In this document: positions 50,029 to 59,823 of the stretch, one piece after another
How positions within the stretch are numbered: position 1 is the stretch's first letter
How the letters are laid out: each line of letters opens with the position of its first letter
NCBI GenBank assembly: GCA_963827655.1
Contig: CAWHCF010000026.1
Coordinates: forward strand, 128,001 to 192,000
Length of the DNA stretch: 64,000 bases
Origin: an uncultured Acidobacteriota bacterium
Lineage (GTDB): Bacteria > Acidobacteriota > UBA6911
Reading direction: 5' to 3'
Notes under the pieces: generated by a model
Seen by the model: only the letters and a program-made list of their open reading frames with translations
Databases searched by the model: none
Told to the model about the DNA's origin: nothing
Program-made: the position numbers and the translations under genes

Positions 50029-50114
50029 GTCAGAAGCCAGGAGCCAGAATTTCTTCGACAATCTCTCAGCCGCTGACGAGCCATTCTGGATTCTGACTCC
50101 TGACTTCTGACTCC
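50029..50114. repeat. Inverted pair of heptamer-repeat arms (AGTCAGA type)
   Basis: GTCAGAAGCCAGGAGCCAGAAT (50029-50050) facing ATTCTGGATTCTGACTCCTGACTTCTGACTCC (50083-50114). Confidence 0.8.
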
Positions 50115-50161
50115 GGCTTTTGGCGGAACCAGATCCGGTCGGCATAACGCGGGGGGTCTCT

Positions 50162-51321
50162 ATGGGTCAAGTCAATGTGGGTTTGATCGGATACAAGTTC
50201 ATGGGCAAGGCCCATTCGAACGCTTACAAGTCCGTAGGAATGTTCTTTCCGCTGCAAAACCGTATCGTGATGAAGGCAATCTGCGGGCGCGACCCGGAGG
50301 GAGTCAAGAAGGCTGCGGAGAGCTGGGGGTGGGAATCCTACGAGACCGACTGGAAGAAACTCATCAAGCGTTCGGACATCGACGTGATCGATGTTTCCAC
50401 GCCGGGCAACCTGCACAAGGAGATGGCTGTTGCCGCAGCTCGTGCCGGCAAGCACGTCGTGTGCGAAAAGCCGCTCGCCAACTCGCTTTCAGAGGCTCGC
50501 GAAATGGTGAAGGCGGTCGATAAAGCCGGCGTGAAAAACATGGTCTTTTACAACTATCGCCGCGTTCCGGCGGTCAGTTTTGCCCGGCAGATGATTCGAG
50601 AAGGAAAGCTCGGGGATATTTACCATTTCCGCGCCGCTTACCTCCAGGATTGGATCGTCGATCCCGAATTCCCTCTGGTGTGGCGCCTGGACAAAAAGAC
50701 CGCCGGTAGTGGCGCGCTTGGCGACATTGGAGCGCATATCATCGATCTCTCCTTGTTCCTGGTCGGGGAGATCGCGGAAGTGGTGGGTGACATGAAGACA
50801 TTCGTCAAGAACGCCCTCTGCTGGAATCGGGCAGCGCTTTTTTTGCCACGAGAAAGTCGGGGCCGCCCAAGCTGGGAACCGTGACCGTCGACGATGCCGC
50901 CCTGTTCATCGCCCGTTTCAAGAACGGCGCCATGGGTTCTTTTGAAGCTACTCGCTTCGCCACGGGCCGCAAGAATGCCAACCAATTCGAAATCTACGGC
51001 AGCAAGGGATCTCTGGCCTTCAACCTCGAGTCGCTCAACGAACTCCATCACTACAGCAAGGGGGACGCGGCAACGGAGCAGGGCTTCAAGAAGATACTGA
51101 TAACAGAGGCCGGCCATCCCTACCTGAAGGCCTGGTGGCCCCCAGGACACATTATCGGCTACGAGCACACTTTCACCAACGCGCTCTCGGATTTCTTCCG
51201 CGCGCTGGAGAAGGACGAATCCATCTCTCCCGACTTTCGAGAGGGTGCCAGGGTCCAGGCAGTGCTGGAGGCGGTAGAAAGATCGGCCAAACGGGGCAAG
51301 TGGGTCAAGGTTGAACACTAG
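50162..51321 (+). CDS. Gfo/Idh/MocA oxidoreductase (frameshift near 50810)
   Basis: [43 protein letters not shown]. Confidence 0.9.
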
Positions 51322-51399
51322 AGGGAATCGAGCGTTTTCGAGCTCTCTCAGGTCAGTGAACAAACATCGACCGCCAAGATGCAAAGAAACTGGTGATTC

Positions 51400-51762
51400 A
51401 TGCCGAAACCCGAGCTCGAGTTTCATGTGCCCGACGACAGCGGCTGGGAGCAATTAAATGATCGACGCCCCGGGATCTTCCAGAAAAATCTCACGAAGGA
51501 TGAAGAGGTCGGAAACGTCACCCGCCTGCTGAAATTCGAGAAGGGGGCCGACTTCCGCTACGCCGGCGTTCTCACCCACGAGTTCTGGGAAGAAGTCTGG
51601 ATCCTGGAAGGATCGCTCACAGACGTGACGCTCTCCCGGACATTTTCCGCGGGGAGCTACTGCTGCCGGCCTCCTGGAATGAAGCACGGACCCTACGTGT
51701 CCGAGACCGGCGCCTTGTTATTCGAGGTGCGCTACTACCTTCCCGGCCAGAAGAGGACTTGA
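51400..51762 (+). CDS. Cupin (ChrR-like) protein
   Basis: HEFWEEVWILEG, CRPPGMKHGP. Confidence 0.85.
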   Translation: MPKPELEFHVPDDSGWEQLNDRRPGIFQKNLTKDEEVGNVTRLLKFEKGADFRYAGVLTHEFWEEVWILEGSLTDVTLSRTFSAGSYCCRPPGMKHGPYVSETGALLFEVRYYLPGQKRT

Positions 51763-52694
51763 TGCGAAGGATGTCCGCCTGGTATGTGACGATCCTCCTT
51801 GCCGCGTCCGTTTTGCCGGCTCAGGAATCGATCACCTGGCCGTCGGTTTCCGAACAGGTTTCGCCCCTGGAGGAAATCAGCCTAAAGGCCGCGGAAGGCC
51901 ATACCGTGGTCGCTGTGGCGCGAAAGCCCCCGGGCAAGGGACCTTTCCCGGCCATCATCTATTTGCACGGCGGACTGGCGACAACCCCCATGGAGCGCCT
52001 GAAGGACCTGGCGCTGCGCCGGCCTAATCCTTCTCGGTACCTGGCGGCCGGCTACGTGATCGTGATCCCGACGTTCCGCAGCCGTCAGCAGGATCCGCAG
52101 ACCCGGGACGCCCTGGCGGACTGCCTGACTGTTGTCGACCACGTCAAGAAGATGCCCGACGTGGATCCGAACAGCGTGGTGGTCTATGGGTGCAGCGGCG
52201 GGGGGAGTCTCGCCCTGGAGCTGGCTGGGGAGGTCCGGCTCAGCGCCATTGCTGCGGAAGAGCCGGCAACCGTTCTATACACCGGGATGTTCACCCGCAA
52301 CACCCCCAGGCGGGGCACGGTGGCTCAGGCCAGCGATGCGGAGTCTATCATGGAGGATCCGAAGCGGTTCTACACTGAAGAGGCGCAGAAGTTCACCCGC
52401 GAGAAGATCCGCAAGATCGCGTGCCCCATTCTGATCGTCCAGGGGGACCAGCACATAATCAACAAGATCAACAACGAGCTTTTCATTCCGGAACTGAAGA
52501 CGCAGGGAAAGAAGATCGAAGTCATCACCTATGCCGGCGAGCGGCACTGTTTCGGCTTCGCAGGAGATGGCAGCCCTCAGGCGGCGAGCCGGCTCTTTTC
52601 CGACTGTCAGGCTTTTTTTCTGAAGCATCTGCCGCGCCGGCCAAGGCCAATCGCTGAGTCGCTGATCCGGTGGGCGCCGGTGCAGACCCAGTAG
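51759..52694 (+). CDS. Secreted alpha/beta hydrolase (S9/dienelactone-hydrolase-like)
   Basis: HGG, GCSGGG nucleophile motif, QGDQ, ERHCF. Confidence 0.85.
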   Translation: MMRRMSAWYVTILLAASVLPAQESITWPSVSEQVSPLEEISLKAAEGHTVVAVARKPPGKGPFPAIIYLHGGLATTPMERLKDLALRRPNPSRYLAAGYVIVIPTFRSRQQDPQTRDALADCLTVVDHVKKMPDVDPNSVVVYGCSGGGSLALELAGEVRLSAIAAEEPATVLYTGMFTRNTPRRGTVAQASDAESIMEDPKRFYTEEAQKFTREKIRKIACPILIVQGDQHIINKINNELFIPELKTQGKKIEVITYAGERHCFGFAGDGSPQAASRLFSDCQAFFLKHLPRRPRPIAESLIRWAPVQTQ

Positions 52695-52710
52695 CCGCCA
52701 CAGGTGGTTC

Positions 52711-52748
52711 TAACCGCTAAGACACGAAGTCGCCAAGGAACACAAAGG
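52711..52748 (+). repeat. 9-bp-periodic repeat family copy
   Basis: TAACCGCTAAGACACGAAGTCGCCAAGGAACACAAAGG. Confidence 0.75.
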
Positions 52749-52761
52749 CGGCCTCCCCTCG

Positions 52762-55493
52762 TCATTCATGGCGCAAGGCCGTCATCGGATCGATGCGCGC
52801 GGCCCGGCGGGCAGGGACGCAGGCGGCGGCCATTGCCGCAACCGCAAGCACCAGGCCGGCGAACACAAGAGTCGCCGGATCGTGCGGCGCGACTTCGAAT
52901 AAAAAGGCGCGCAGCGCGTAGCCGACCGCGATGGTGAACGGAAGTCCGGCCACAAACGCCCATGCGACCAGGCGCGCAGCTTCAGCGAGAATCAGTTGCA
53001 GAACTTCTCCGCGGGTGGCGCCAAGTGCCAGGCGCAAGCCGATCTCGCGAGTCCGGCGCCCGACCGCATAGGCCAGCGTGCCATAGAGGCCGACAACGGC
53101 CAGCACGAGCGCCAGTCCGCCGAAGCCCAGGGCCAGGCCCAGCAGCAGACGTTCACGCGATGTCCTTTCCGCCATCCGAGCGGAAAGGGTGGTAGTCCTC
53201 TGGACCATCAGCTGCGGATCGGCTTCGGCGAGCGCCTTGCGCGCCTCGCGCAATACACCGGCTTGCGTACCCGGTTCGATCCGCAACGAGACAGAGCTGA
53301 TGTGAAATGGCGCTTGTGCCAGAGGCGCCCACATCATGGGTTCCGCTCTGGCCTCGCGCAAATCGTTATACTTGGAATCTCGCACCACGCCGATCACGGT
53401 GAAAGGCCGCCTTTCCTCGCCCGGATAGTCGAGCGCGAGCCTTCGACCGAGCGCCTCCCCATCGCCGAAGCGCTTCCGTACCAGCGCCTCGTTGACCAGG
53501 GCGACCCGAAGTGTGCCCTCACGGTCGTAACTCGTGAAGCTCCGGCCGCGGACCAGCTGCATGCCGACGGTGTCGAAGTAACGCGGCGAGACATAGTCCA
53601 CAAGACCAAAGCTCCGATCGTCGGGCTGCTCCGGGTCGATCAGGCTCAAGCCGAGGTAATTTCCTCCAAACAGGCCGAGCCAGGAGAGGCTCGCCGCGCG
53701 CACTCCAGCCAGAGCGTTCAGGCGCTCTTCGAGAGCGAGATACAGAGCCGCGCGCCGTGACTTCTCCTCGGGACCGTCGACCACGCCGAAGGACGGACCG
53801 TCCCGCTCGTGGCGCACGTCCAGGACCACGACTTGCTCCGGCTGAAACCCGGGGTCGACGCCGTAAATCCGGACGATCGTTTGCAGCAGCAGCCCTGCGC
53901 CTGATACGAGCAGGAACGACAGCGCCAGCTGCGCCGCTACCAGAGTACGCATGAGCCGCAGCGCGGGTCGGCTGCTTGTGGTGCGCCCCACCCCGGCCAT
54001 CGCACCCTGCAGGTTGGCGCCGCTCAATCGAAGGGCCGGCAGAATCCCGGTCAGCAGCGCGCTGAATCCGGTTGCGATCGAGCGCCATGGCCAGGACGCG
54101 ATAGTCCGGCCTGGTATCGAGCGAGATGGGCAGATAGGGAAGTGAGACCAGCGCGGCCAGAGCGGGAGTTCCTGCCCAGGCCAGTCCGATTCCGGTGAAC
54201 CCGCCGATTGCGGCCAGCAGCGCGCCTTCCGTGGCAAGCTGGCGAATCAGCCGGACCCGATCGGCGCCGAGCGCCGCACGCGTCGCCAGCTCCGAAGCGC
54301 GCGCTGCGCCACGCGCAAGAGAAAGGTTGGCAACGTTGACCGCGGCGATCAGCAGCACCACGCCTACAACCGCGAGCACGAGTATCAGTGGCCGGGCGAA
54401 CGCTCGCCGTACCGCCTCGAGACCGCGATCTCCCGGCAAGAGCCGCATCGTGAAATCCCCGGCCGTGGCAGGCTGACGGTCCGGCCCCACGGACCGGGGA
54501 GGCGCAGCCGCCACGAGCCGCTGGTAGATCATTGTCAGCTCCAGTTCGGCCTGCGTGATCGTTACGCCAGCGGCGGAGACGGCCCATGACTCCGGAAAAG
54601 AAAGCCATGCCCTGGCTGGCCAGCAAGTTAGGGTCTGTCAGAGGCCGCAAAGGAACCCACAGGTCAGGCGCATAACCGGGTTGATGGCCCCGAAACTGTC
54701 GCGGCGCCACCCCCACGATGGCGCAATCGGTGCTTTTGACCCGCAGGGTGCGCCCGAGCACGGTCGGATCTTGCTGGTAGCGCCGCATCCAGAGGCTGTG
54801 GCTGATAACCGCCCCGCACCCCCCGCTGCCCGACTCTCCGGGAAGCAGGTCATCGTTCTCGCTCAACAGTCGGCCCAGGGCGGGCGACACACCGAGAAGA
54901 GGGAAGTAGCCGCCCGAAACATAGCTCCCGCTCACGTAACTCGGAGTTGAGTCGCCGTCCAGGGTAACCTTGAGATAGGGCTGGTCGCTGACGGCAAACA
55001 CTCCCTGGAGCGTGGTCTGCGTTCGGCGGAGCTCTTCGAACAGCGGATTGAACAGCACGAAGCGCTGCCCTCGAAGATGGGGGGAGAGAATGACCAACCG
55101 GTCCGGTTCAACCACGGGCAAGGGACGAAGCACGGCTGCATCGAGCACGCTGAACACCGCCGTGGTCGCGCCAATCCCCAGGGCGAGCGAGATCACTGCC
55201 ACGACGGTAAACCCTGGATTTTTGCGCAGCATCCGCAGCGCGTAGCGCAGGTCTTGTTCGAGACGTTCGAGTGATGACCAGCCCCACATCTCCCGAGTCA
55301 CCTCCTTTATGAGTGGAACGTTGCCGAAGTCCTTCAACGCCCCGGCTCGAGCGATTGCCGGCATTTCACCGGCTTCGATTCGCTGCCGGATCTCGATTTC
55401 CAGATGCGCGCGGATTTCCGCATCGAGTTCCTCGTCCGCCCGTTGGCTTCGGATGAAGCGCCCAAGCAGTCTCGTGAATCGCCCAAGGTCCAT
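52762..55493 (-). CDS. Duplicated MacB/FtsX ABC permease (ADOP type); frameshifts near 54570 and 54070
   Basis: ELDAEIRAHLE, QDLRYALRMLRKNPGF, NVANL..RASELATRAALGA, RTREIGLRLALGA, PARRAARIDPMTALRHE. Confidence 0.88.
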
Positions 55494-55502
55494 TTCGGGT
55501 CC

Positions 55503-55853
55503 TCACTGCGCGGGCTTCATGACGCCGGTTATCGCCTTCACGAGCAGCTCCCACTTCGACTGCTCGGCCAGCAGTTGCTTCTTCCCAGCCGGGGTCAACC
55601 GATAGTATTTGGCTTTCTGGTTGTTTTCCGTGATCTTCCATTCGGAGGAGAGCCAGCCTTGTCTTTCCAGGCGATGGAGAGCGGGATAGAGCGAACCGGT
55701 CTCCACCTGAAGCAATTCGCCCGAGTTGGCCCGGATCGCCTGGCCGATTCCGTGACCGTGTTGCGGCCCCCACTGAAGGGTCTGGAGGATCAGCATGTCC
55801 AGGGTTCCCTGGAGCAGCTCGATCCGGTTCTGATATCGTGCCTTGTCCGCCAT
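55503..55853 (-). CDS. PadR-family transcriptional regulator
   Basis: LLQGTLDMLIL..HGHGI..GSLYPALHRLE..KYYRLTPAG. Confidence 0.93.
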   Translation of the reverse strand: MADKARYQNRIELLQGTLDMLILQTLQWGPQHGHGIGQAIRANSGELLQVETGSLYPALHRLERQGWLSSEWKITENNQKAKYYRLTPAGKKQLLAEQSKWELLVKAITGVMKPAQ

Positions 55854-55859
55854 AAGGTC

Positions 55860-55900
55860 GTAGAATATCTACTACCATGGCGAGCCGTAGATTGTCTACG
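55860..55900. promoter_or_regulatory. Two palindromic operator boxes upstream of padR
   Basis: GTAGAATATCTAC (55860-55872) and GTAGATTGTCTAC (55887-55899). Confidence 0.65.
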
Positions 55901-56166
55901 TAAATCCGTAGTGTCCCTGGCTACGGCACTCGAGTTCGTGCCTTGAAATGTCCAACTCCAGGCCCTACGAGCCTTGCGGCAGCTTGCTGAGCGCGCGCGA
56001 AAGGGCCAAACTCCTCGGCCAGGCCCTTTGACCTTCCCCCTCTTCGTTCTCGGCCATCAAGCACTGTCTGAATCGCAGTCATCCATTGACAGTCCTCGGC
56101 AACGGGATCACACTTACCGGATCCGTTTGAGCACGCGAGCGCCGCGTCCGGCGCGAAAGGGAGCAG

Positions 56167-59100
56167 TTGATGCAGATGGTCACGCGTCTTTTTTTGTTCA
56201 TTGCGCTTTGGTCGAGCTTTTCAACAACGCAGCTTTTGGCCCAGTTCACTCAGAGCAGCATACTTGGCGCCGTCACCGACCCGTCCGGGGCCGGGGTGGT
56301 CGGAGCCGAGATCAAGGTAACCAACGAGGGCACAAACTTCGTGCGTGCTGTCAATACCGACGAGCGTGGTGATTACCGGGTCTCCGGGCTGGAGCCGGGA
56401 TTCTACCGCGTCACTGTAACGGCTGGCGGTTTTACCACGTTCGATCAGACCCGCATCGACCTGGCCAGTAATCAGGCCAAGCGCGTGGATGTCCGGCTCC
56501 AGGTCGGCGAGGTCGCCACCACGGTCACGGTAGAAGGCGGCGTGACGCAGGTGGAGACTGAAACCGCGTCGCTGTCCAACATCAAAACGGCGCGGGACTT
56601 CGCCCAGCTTCCGCTCAGCATCTTCGGTCGCGGCTGGGCTAATGTCACCAACGTCACTGCCGGCATCCAGAGCACCAGCGGCTTCGAAGTCAACGGGGCG
56701 CGCGACACCGCCAACAACTTCACGGCCGACGGCATATCGGTCAACGACATGATCAGCAGCCGCAACACGGCCAATGGATTCTCCGGCGATATCGAGACGT
56801 TCCAGGAAATCAAGATCCTCACCGCAAACTCCTCGGCCGAGTATGCGCAGGTGGCGCAGTTCGCCGCAGTCAGTAAACAGGGCACCAATGCCTACCACGG
56901 CTCGCTCTACTGGGGAAACTTCAACAGCTACTTCTCCGCGCGCGCCTGGTCCGACACCCAGCCGCCGTCCTTCACCAATCACAACATGTTCGCGATCACT
57001 GGCGGCGGTCCTGTCGTCATCCCCAATCTGTATGACGGGAGGGATCGGACTTTCTTCTTCGCCTCTTACAGCGGGGCGCGCTATCGAGTAGGCAACCGCC
57101 TTTTCCTGATTGTGCCCACGCCGGCGATGCGACAGGGGAACTTTTCCGCGCTTGCCGGAGCCGGACGGATCAACCTGGTCGATCCGCTCAACAACATGGA
57201 GCCCTTTCCCAACAACACGATTCCGGCCAGCCGCATCAGCTCCGTTTCGCGGACGTTGCAGGATTTACTCTATCCCGACCCTAATCAGGTGGGACAGGGT
57301 ACCTATGGCATGGCCAACAACTTCTATGCCGATCCGGGCGGCGCGTACGATTCCAACGTCTACTCATTCCGCGGGGACCAGAAGATCAGCGATAAGAACC
57401 TGCTGTTTGCCCGCGTGGGTTTGACCATGACCAATGGAGACACGTATCTCGGAGGTCTCAAAAGCGGCTATGGCTCGGGCAGCATACTGAGCAATATCCC
57501 GGGCCGGAGCGTGGTCATTTCCGATACCCACACCTTCAGTGCGAACCTGCTGAACGAGGTGAAGCTGGGGTTTAACCGCACGTACAGCGAATCCAAGGAC
57601 TACAACTTCGGGGTCGACGTGCAATCGCAACTCGGAATCCAGGGCATCGACAATCCGGGCAACGATCCGTCCATCAGCAGCATGCCCCAGTTCACTTACG
57701 GAGGCGCTATCCCGATTGCCGCCAGTACCGGTAGAAATCAGGCCTATACCGCGCAGAATACCTACCAGGTGATCGACAACGTGTCCTTGCACAAGGGACG
57801 TCACAACATGAAATTCGGCGGGGAGGTGCGTCGCTTGCAGGTCAACAATCAGAACAAGCCCCTCAATGTCCGCGGCGCCTACTCCTTCGACGATCGCCTC
57901 ACCGGTCTTGCCTACGCGAACTTTTTGCTCGGCTGGCCGTCCGGCGCCACGCGCGGCATCGCCCGTCCTAACGCATATCCGCGGAGCACCTACTGGGGTT
58001 TCTACTGGCAGGACGATCTCAAACTGCACTCTCGAGTCACTCTGAACTTCGGCGTGCGCTACGAGTACCAGACGCCGTGGGTGGAAAAGTACGACCGCAT
58101 GTTCACGTTTGATCCAACCACCGGCAGCCTGGTTACCGCCGGCTCTACTATCCCTACGGACCTGGTGCCGCAGGTGGCGGCGACGCTGCCGATCCGCACC
58201 GCCAGCGACGCCGGCCTGCCCGAGCGCAGCCTGATGTTCAACGACGGCAACAACTGGAGCCCGCGCATCGGTCTGGCGATCCGGCCATTTGGCGACGCCA
58301 CCACGGTAGTGCGCGCCGGCTACGGAGTTTATGCGCAGTTCTGGCCGGGGCTGCTGGCGCTCAACGCGACCGGCGGGCCGTGGCAGTCCACCGAGTCATT
58401 CATACTCGAGAATCCGAATACACCGGCCATTCAGTTCCCGGCGCCGTTCGTCGCCACTTCGACCTTTTCCGGCGTGCAGACCATAAACAGCACGAGCCCA
58501 CACTTTCCCAGTGAGAACACCCATCAATGGAATTTCTCTTTCGGACGACAGATCCTCGGAATGGCCGTCGACATCGCCTACGTCGGCACGCGCTCGCTGA
58601 ATGTTCCCTATAGCGAGGACCTCAATCTGCTGCGGCCGAGCACGACGCCGTTCAGCGCGGCCCGCCGGCCCTATTCTCGATACAACGCGGCCAACCTCGT
58701 ACAGGCCGGAGGCTCGGCCACTTATCATGGGTTCACGATCCAGGCCGACCGCCGTATGTCGCGCGGTCTCTGGTTCAACGTCAACTACACCTTGGCCAAA
58801 GGGCTCACCGATGTTGACCTGCGCGGATACAGCACGGGCGCGCAGCAGAACCAGTACGCCCGGTTCCTGGAACGAGCCGACGATTCCAACCTGCGCCGCC
58901 AGCAGCTTCGCTTCAGCTACGTGTTCGATCTGCCGGTTGGACGCGGCCAGCGGTTCCTCAACGGCATCTCGAGCCCACTCGACTTTGTCATCGGCGGATG
59001 GCAACTGTCCGGCATCACGACAATGGTCACTGGACAGCGGTTGAGTCCGGCCTACTCGAATGCCGATCCGGCGTTCACCAACCAGTTCAGCGGCCGTCCC

Positions 59101-59457
59101 GACCGTACCGGCGACGGCAACTTCGAGTCGGACGCGATGCGGGACTCCATCAAGAGCCGGGTGCCAATCTTCGATCGCTCCGCATTCGTGCTTCCGGCCA
59201 CCGGCCGCGGCTTCTACGGCAACTCCGCACGGTACGTCCTGACCGGCCCAGGCCAGTCAATCTGGAATCTGGCCATTCACAAGAACTGGAAGCTCGGTGA
59301 AGAGCGCGCGTTCCAGTTCCGCTGGGAAATGTTCAACGCCTTTAACCGCGCCAACTTCAACAACCCGACGACCAACATCCAGGCCGGCGATTTCGGCCTT
59401 GTTACCACCGCTCAAGCGGGCCGCTCGATGCTCTTCGGTCTCAGGTTCGATTTCTAA
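56167..59457 (+). CDS. Oar-like TonB-dependent receptor with carboxypeptidase-regulatory-like N-domain
   Basis: GAVTDPSGA..PGFYRVTV, NNWSPRIG, FRWEMFNAFN, C-terminal GLRFDF. Confidence 0.92.
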   Translation: MMQMVTRLFLFIALWSSFSTTQLLAQFTQSSILGAVTDPSGAGVVGAEIKVTNEGTNFVRAVNTDERGDYRVSGLEPGFYRVTVTAGGFTTFDQTRIDLASNQAKRVDVRLQVGEVATTVTVEGGVTQVETETASLSNIKTARDFAQLPLSIFGRGWANVTNVTAGIQSTSGFEVNGARDTANNFTADGISVNDMISSRNTANGFSGDIETFQEIKILTANSSAEYAQVAQFAAVSKQGTNAYHGSLYWGNFNSYFSARAWSDTQPPSFTNHNMFAITGGGPVVIPNLYDGRDRTFFFASYSGARYRVGNRLFLIVPTPAMRQGNFSALAGAGRINLVDPLNNMEPFPNNTIPASRISSVSRTLQDLLYPDPNQVGQGTYGMANNFYADPGGAYDSNVYSFRGDQKISDKNLLFARVGLTMTNGDTYLGGLKSGYGSGSILSNIPGRSVVISDTHTFSANLLNEVKLGFNRTYSESKDYNFGVDVQSQLGIQGIDNPGNDPSISSMPQFTYGGAIPIAASTGRNQAYTAQNTYQVIDNVSLHKGRHNMKFGGEVRRLQVNNQNKPLNVRGAYSFDDRLTGLAYANFLLGWPSGATRGIARPNAYPRSTYWGFYWQDDLKLHSRVTLNFGVRYEYQTPWVEKYDRMFTFDPTTGSLVTAGSTIPTDLVPQVAATLPIRTASDAGLPERSLMFNDGNNWSPRIGLAIRPFGDATTVVRAGYGVYAQFWPGLLALNATGGPWQSTESFILENPNTPAIQFPAPFVATSTFSGVQTINSTSPHFPSENTHQWNFSFGRQILGMAVDIAYVGTRSLNVPYSEDLNLLRPSTTPFSAARRPYSRYNAANLVQAGGSATYHGFTIQADRRMSRGLWFNVNYTLAKGLTDVDLRGYSTGAQQNQYARFLERADDSNLRRQQLRFSYVFDLPVGRGQRFLNGISSPLDFVIGGWQLSGITTMVTGQRLSPAYSNADPAFTNQFSGRPDRTGDGNFESDAMRDSIKSRVPIFDRSAFVLPATGRGFYGNSARYVLTGPGQSIWNLAIHKNWKLGEERAFQFRWEMFNAFNRANFNNPTTNIQAGDFGLVTTAQAGRSMLFGLRFDF

Positions 59458-59465
59458 GCGCGCAC

Positions 59466-59504
59466 TAACCACAAAGACACGAAGACACGAAGAAACGCGA
59501 AGAA
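59466..59504 (+). repeat. 9-bp-periodic repeat family copy (near consensus)
   Basis: TAACCACAAAGACACGAAGACACGAAGAAACGCGAAGAA. Confidence 0.9.
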
Positions 59505-59530
59505 TCTTAACGGGAGAAAGGGGAAGGTCT

Positions 59531-59782
59531 ATGAGCTGGATCTGGACAATCTTGATCGGGTTTATCGCGGGGGCGGTGGCCAAGCTGCTCATGCCGGGGA
59601 AAGATCCCGGAGGGTTCATCGTGACGACCCTGTTGGGCATCGGTGGAGCGCTTGCCGCCACGTGGATTGGCAGAGCCGTCGGATGGTACGACGAAGGCGG
59701 CGGGGCCGGGTTTATTGCTGCCATCGTTGGAGCCGTCCTGATTCTCTGGGTCTACCGGAAATTTATCAAGAAGACAGGGTGA
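59531..59782 (+). CDS. GlsB/YeaQ/YmgE (transglycosylase-associated) membrane protein
   Basis: IGFIAGAVAKLLMPGKDPGG..LLGIGGA..IVGAVLIL. Confidence 0.9.
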   Translation: MSWIWTILIGFIAGAVAKLLMPGKDPGGFIVTTLLGIGGALAATWIGRAVGWYDEGGGAGFIAAIVGAVLILWVYRKFIKKTG

Positions 59783-59796
59783 AAGAGCGCGCCTTT

Positions 59797-59820
59797 GGAG
59801 TGCGCAAGCTTGCTGCTGCT
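59797..59820 (+). repeat. REP-like motif GGAGTGCG.(C/A)AGCTTGCTGC; related copies near 20015, 36570 and 55975
   Basis: GGAGTGCGCAAGCTTGCTGCTGCT; GGAGTGCGACAGCCTGCTGCCGC; GGATGTGCAAGCTTGCTGCCGC; TGCGGCAGCTTGCTG. Confidence 0.55.
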
Positions 59821-59823
59821 CTG

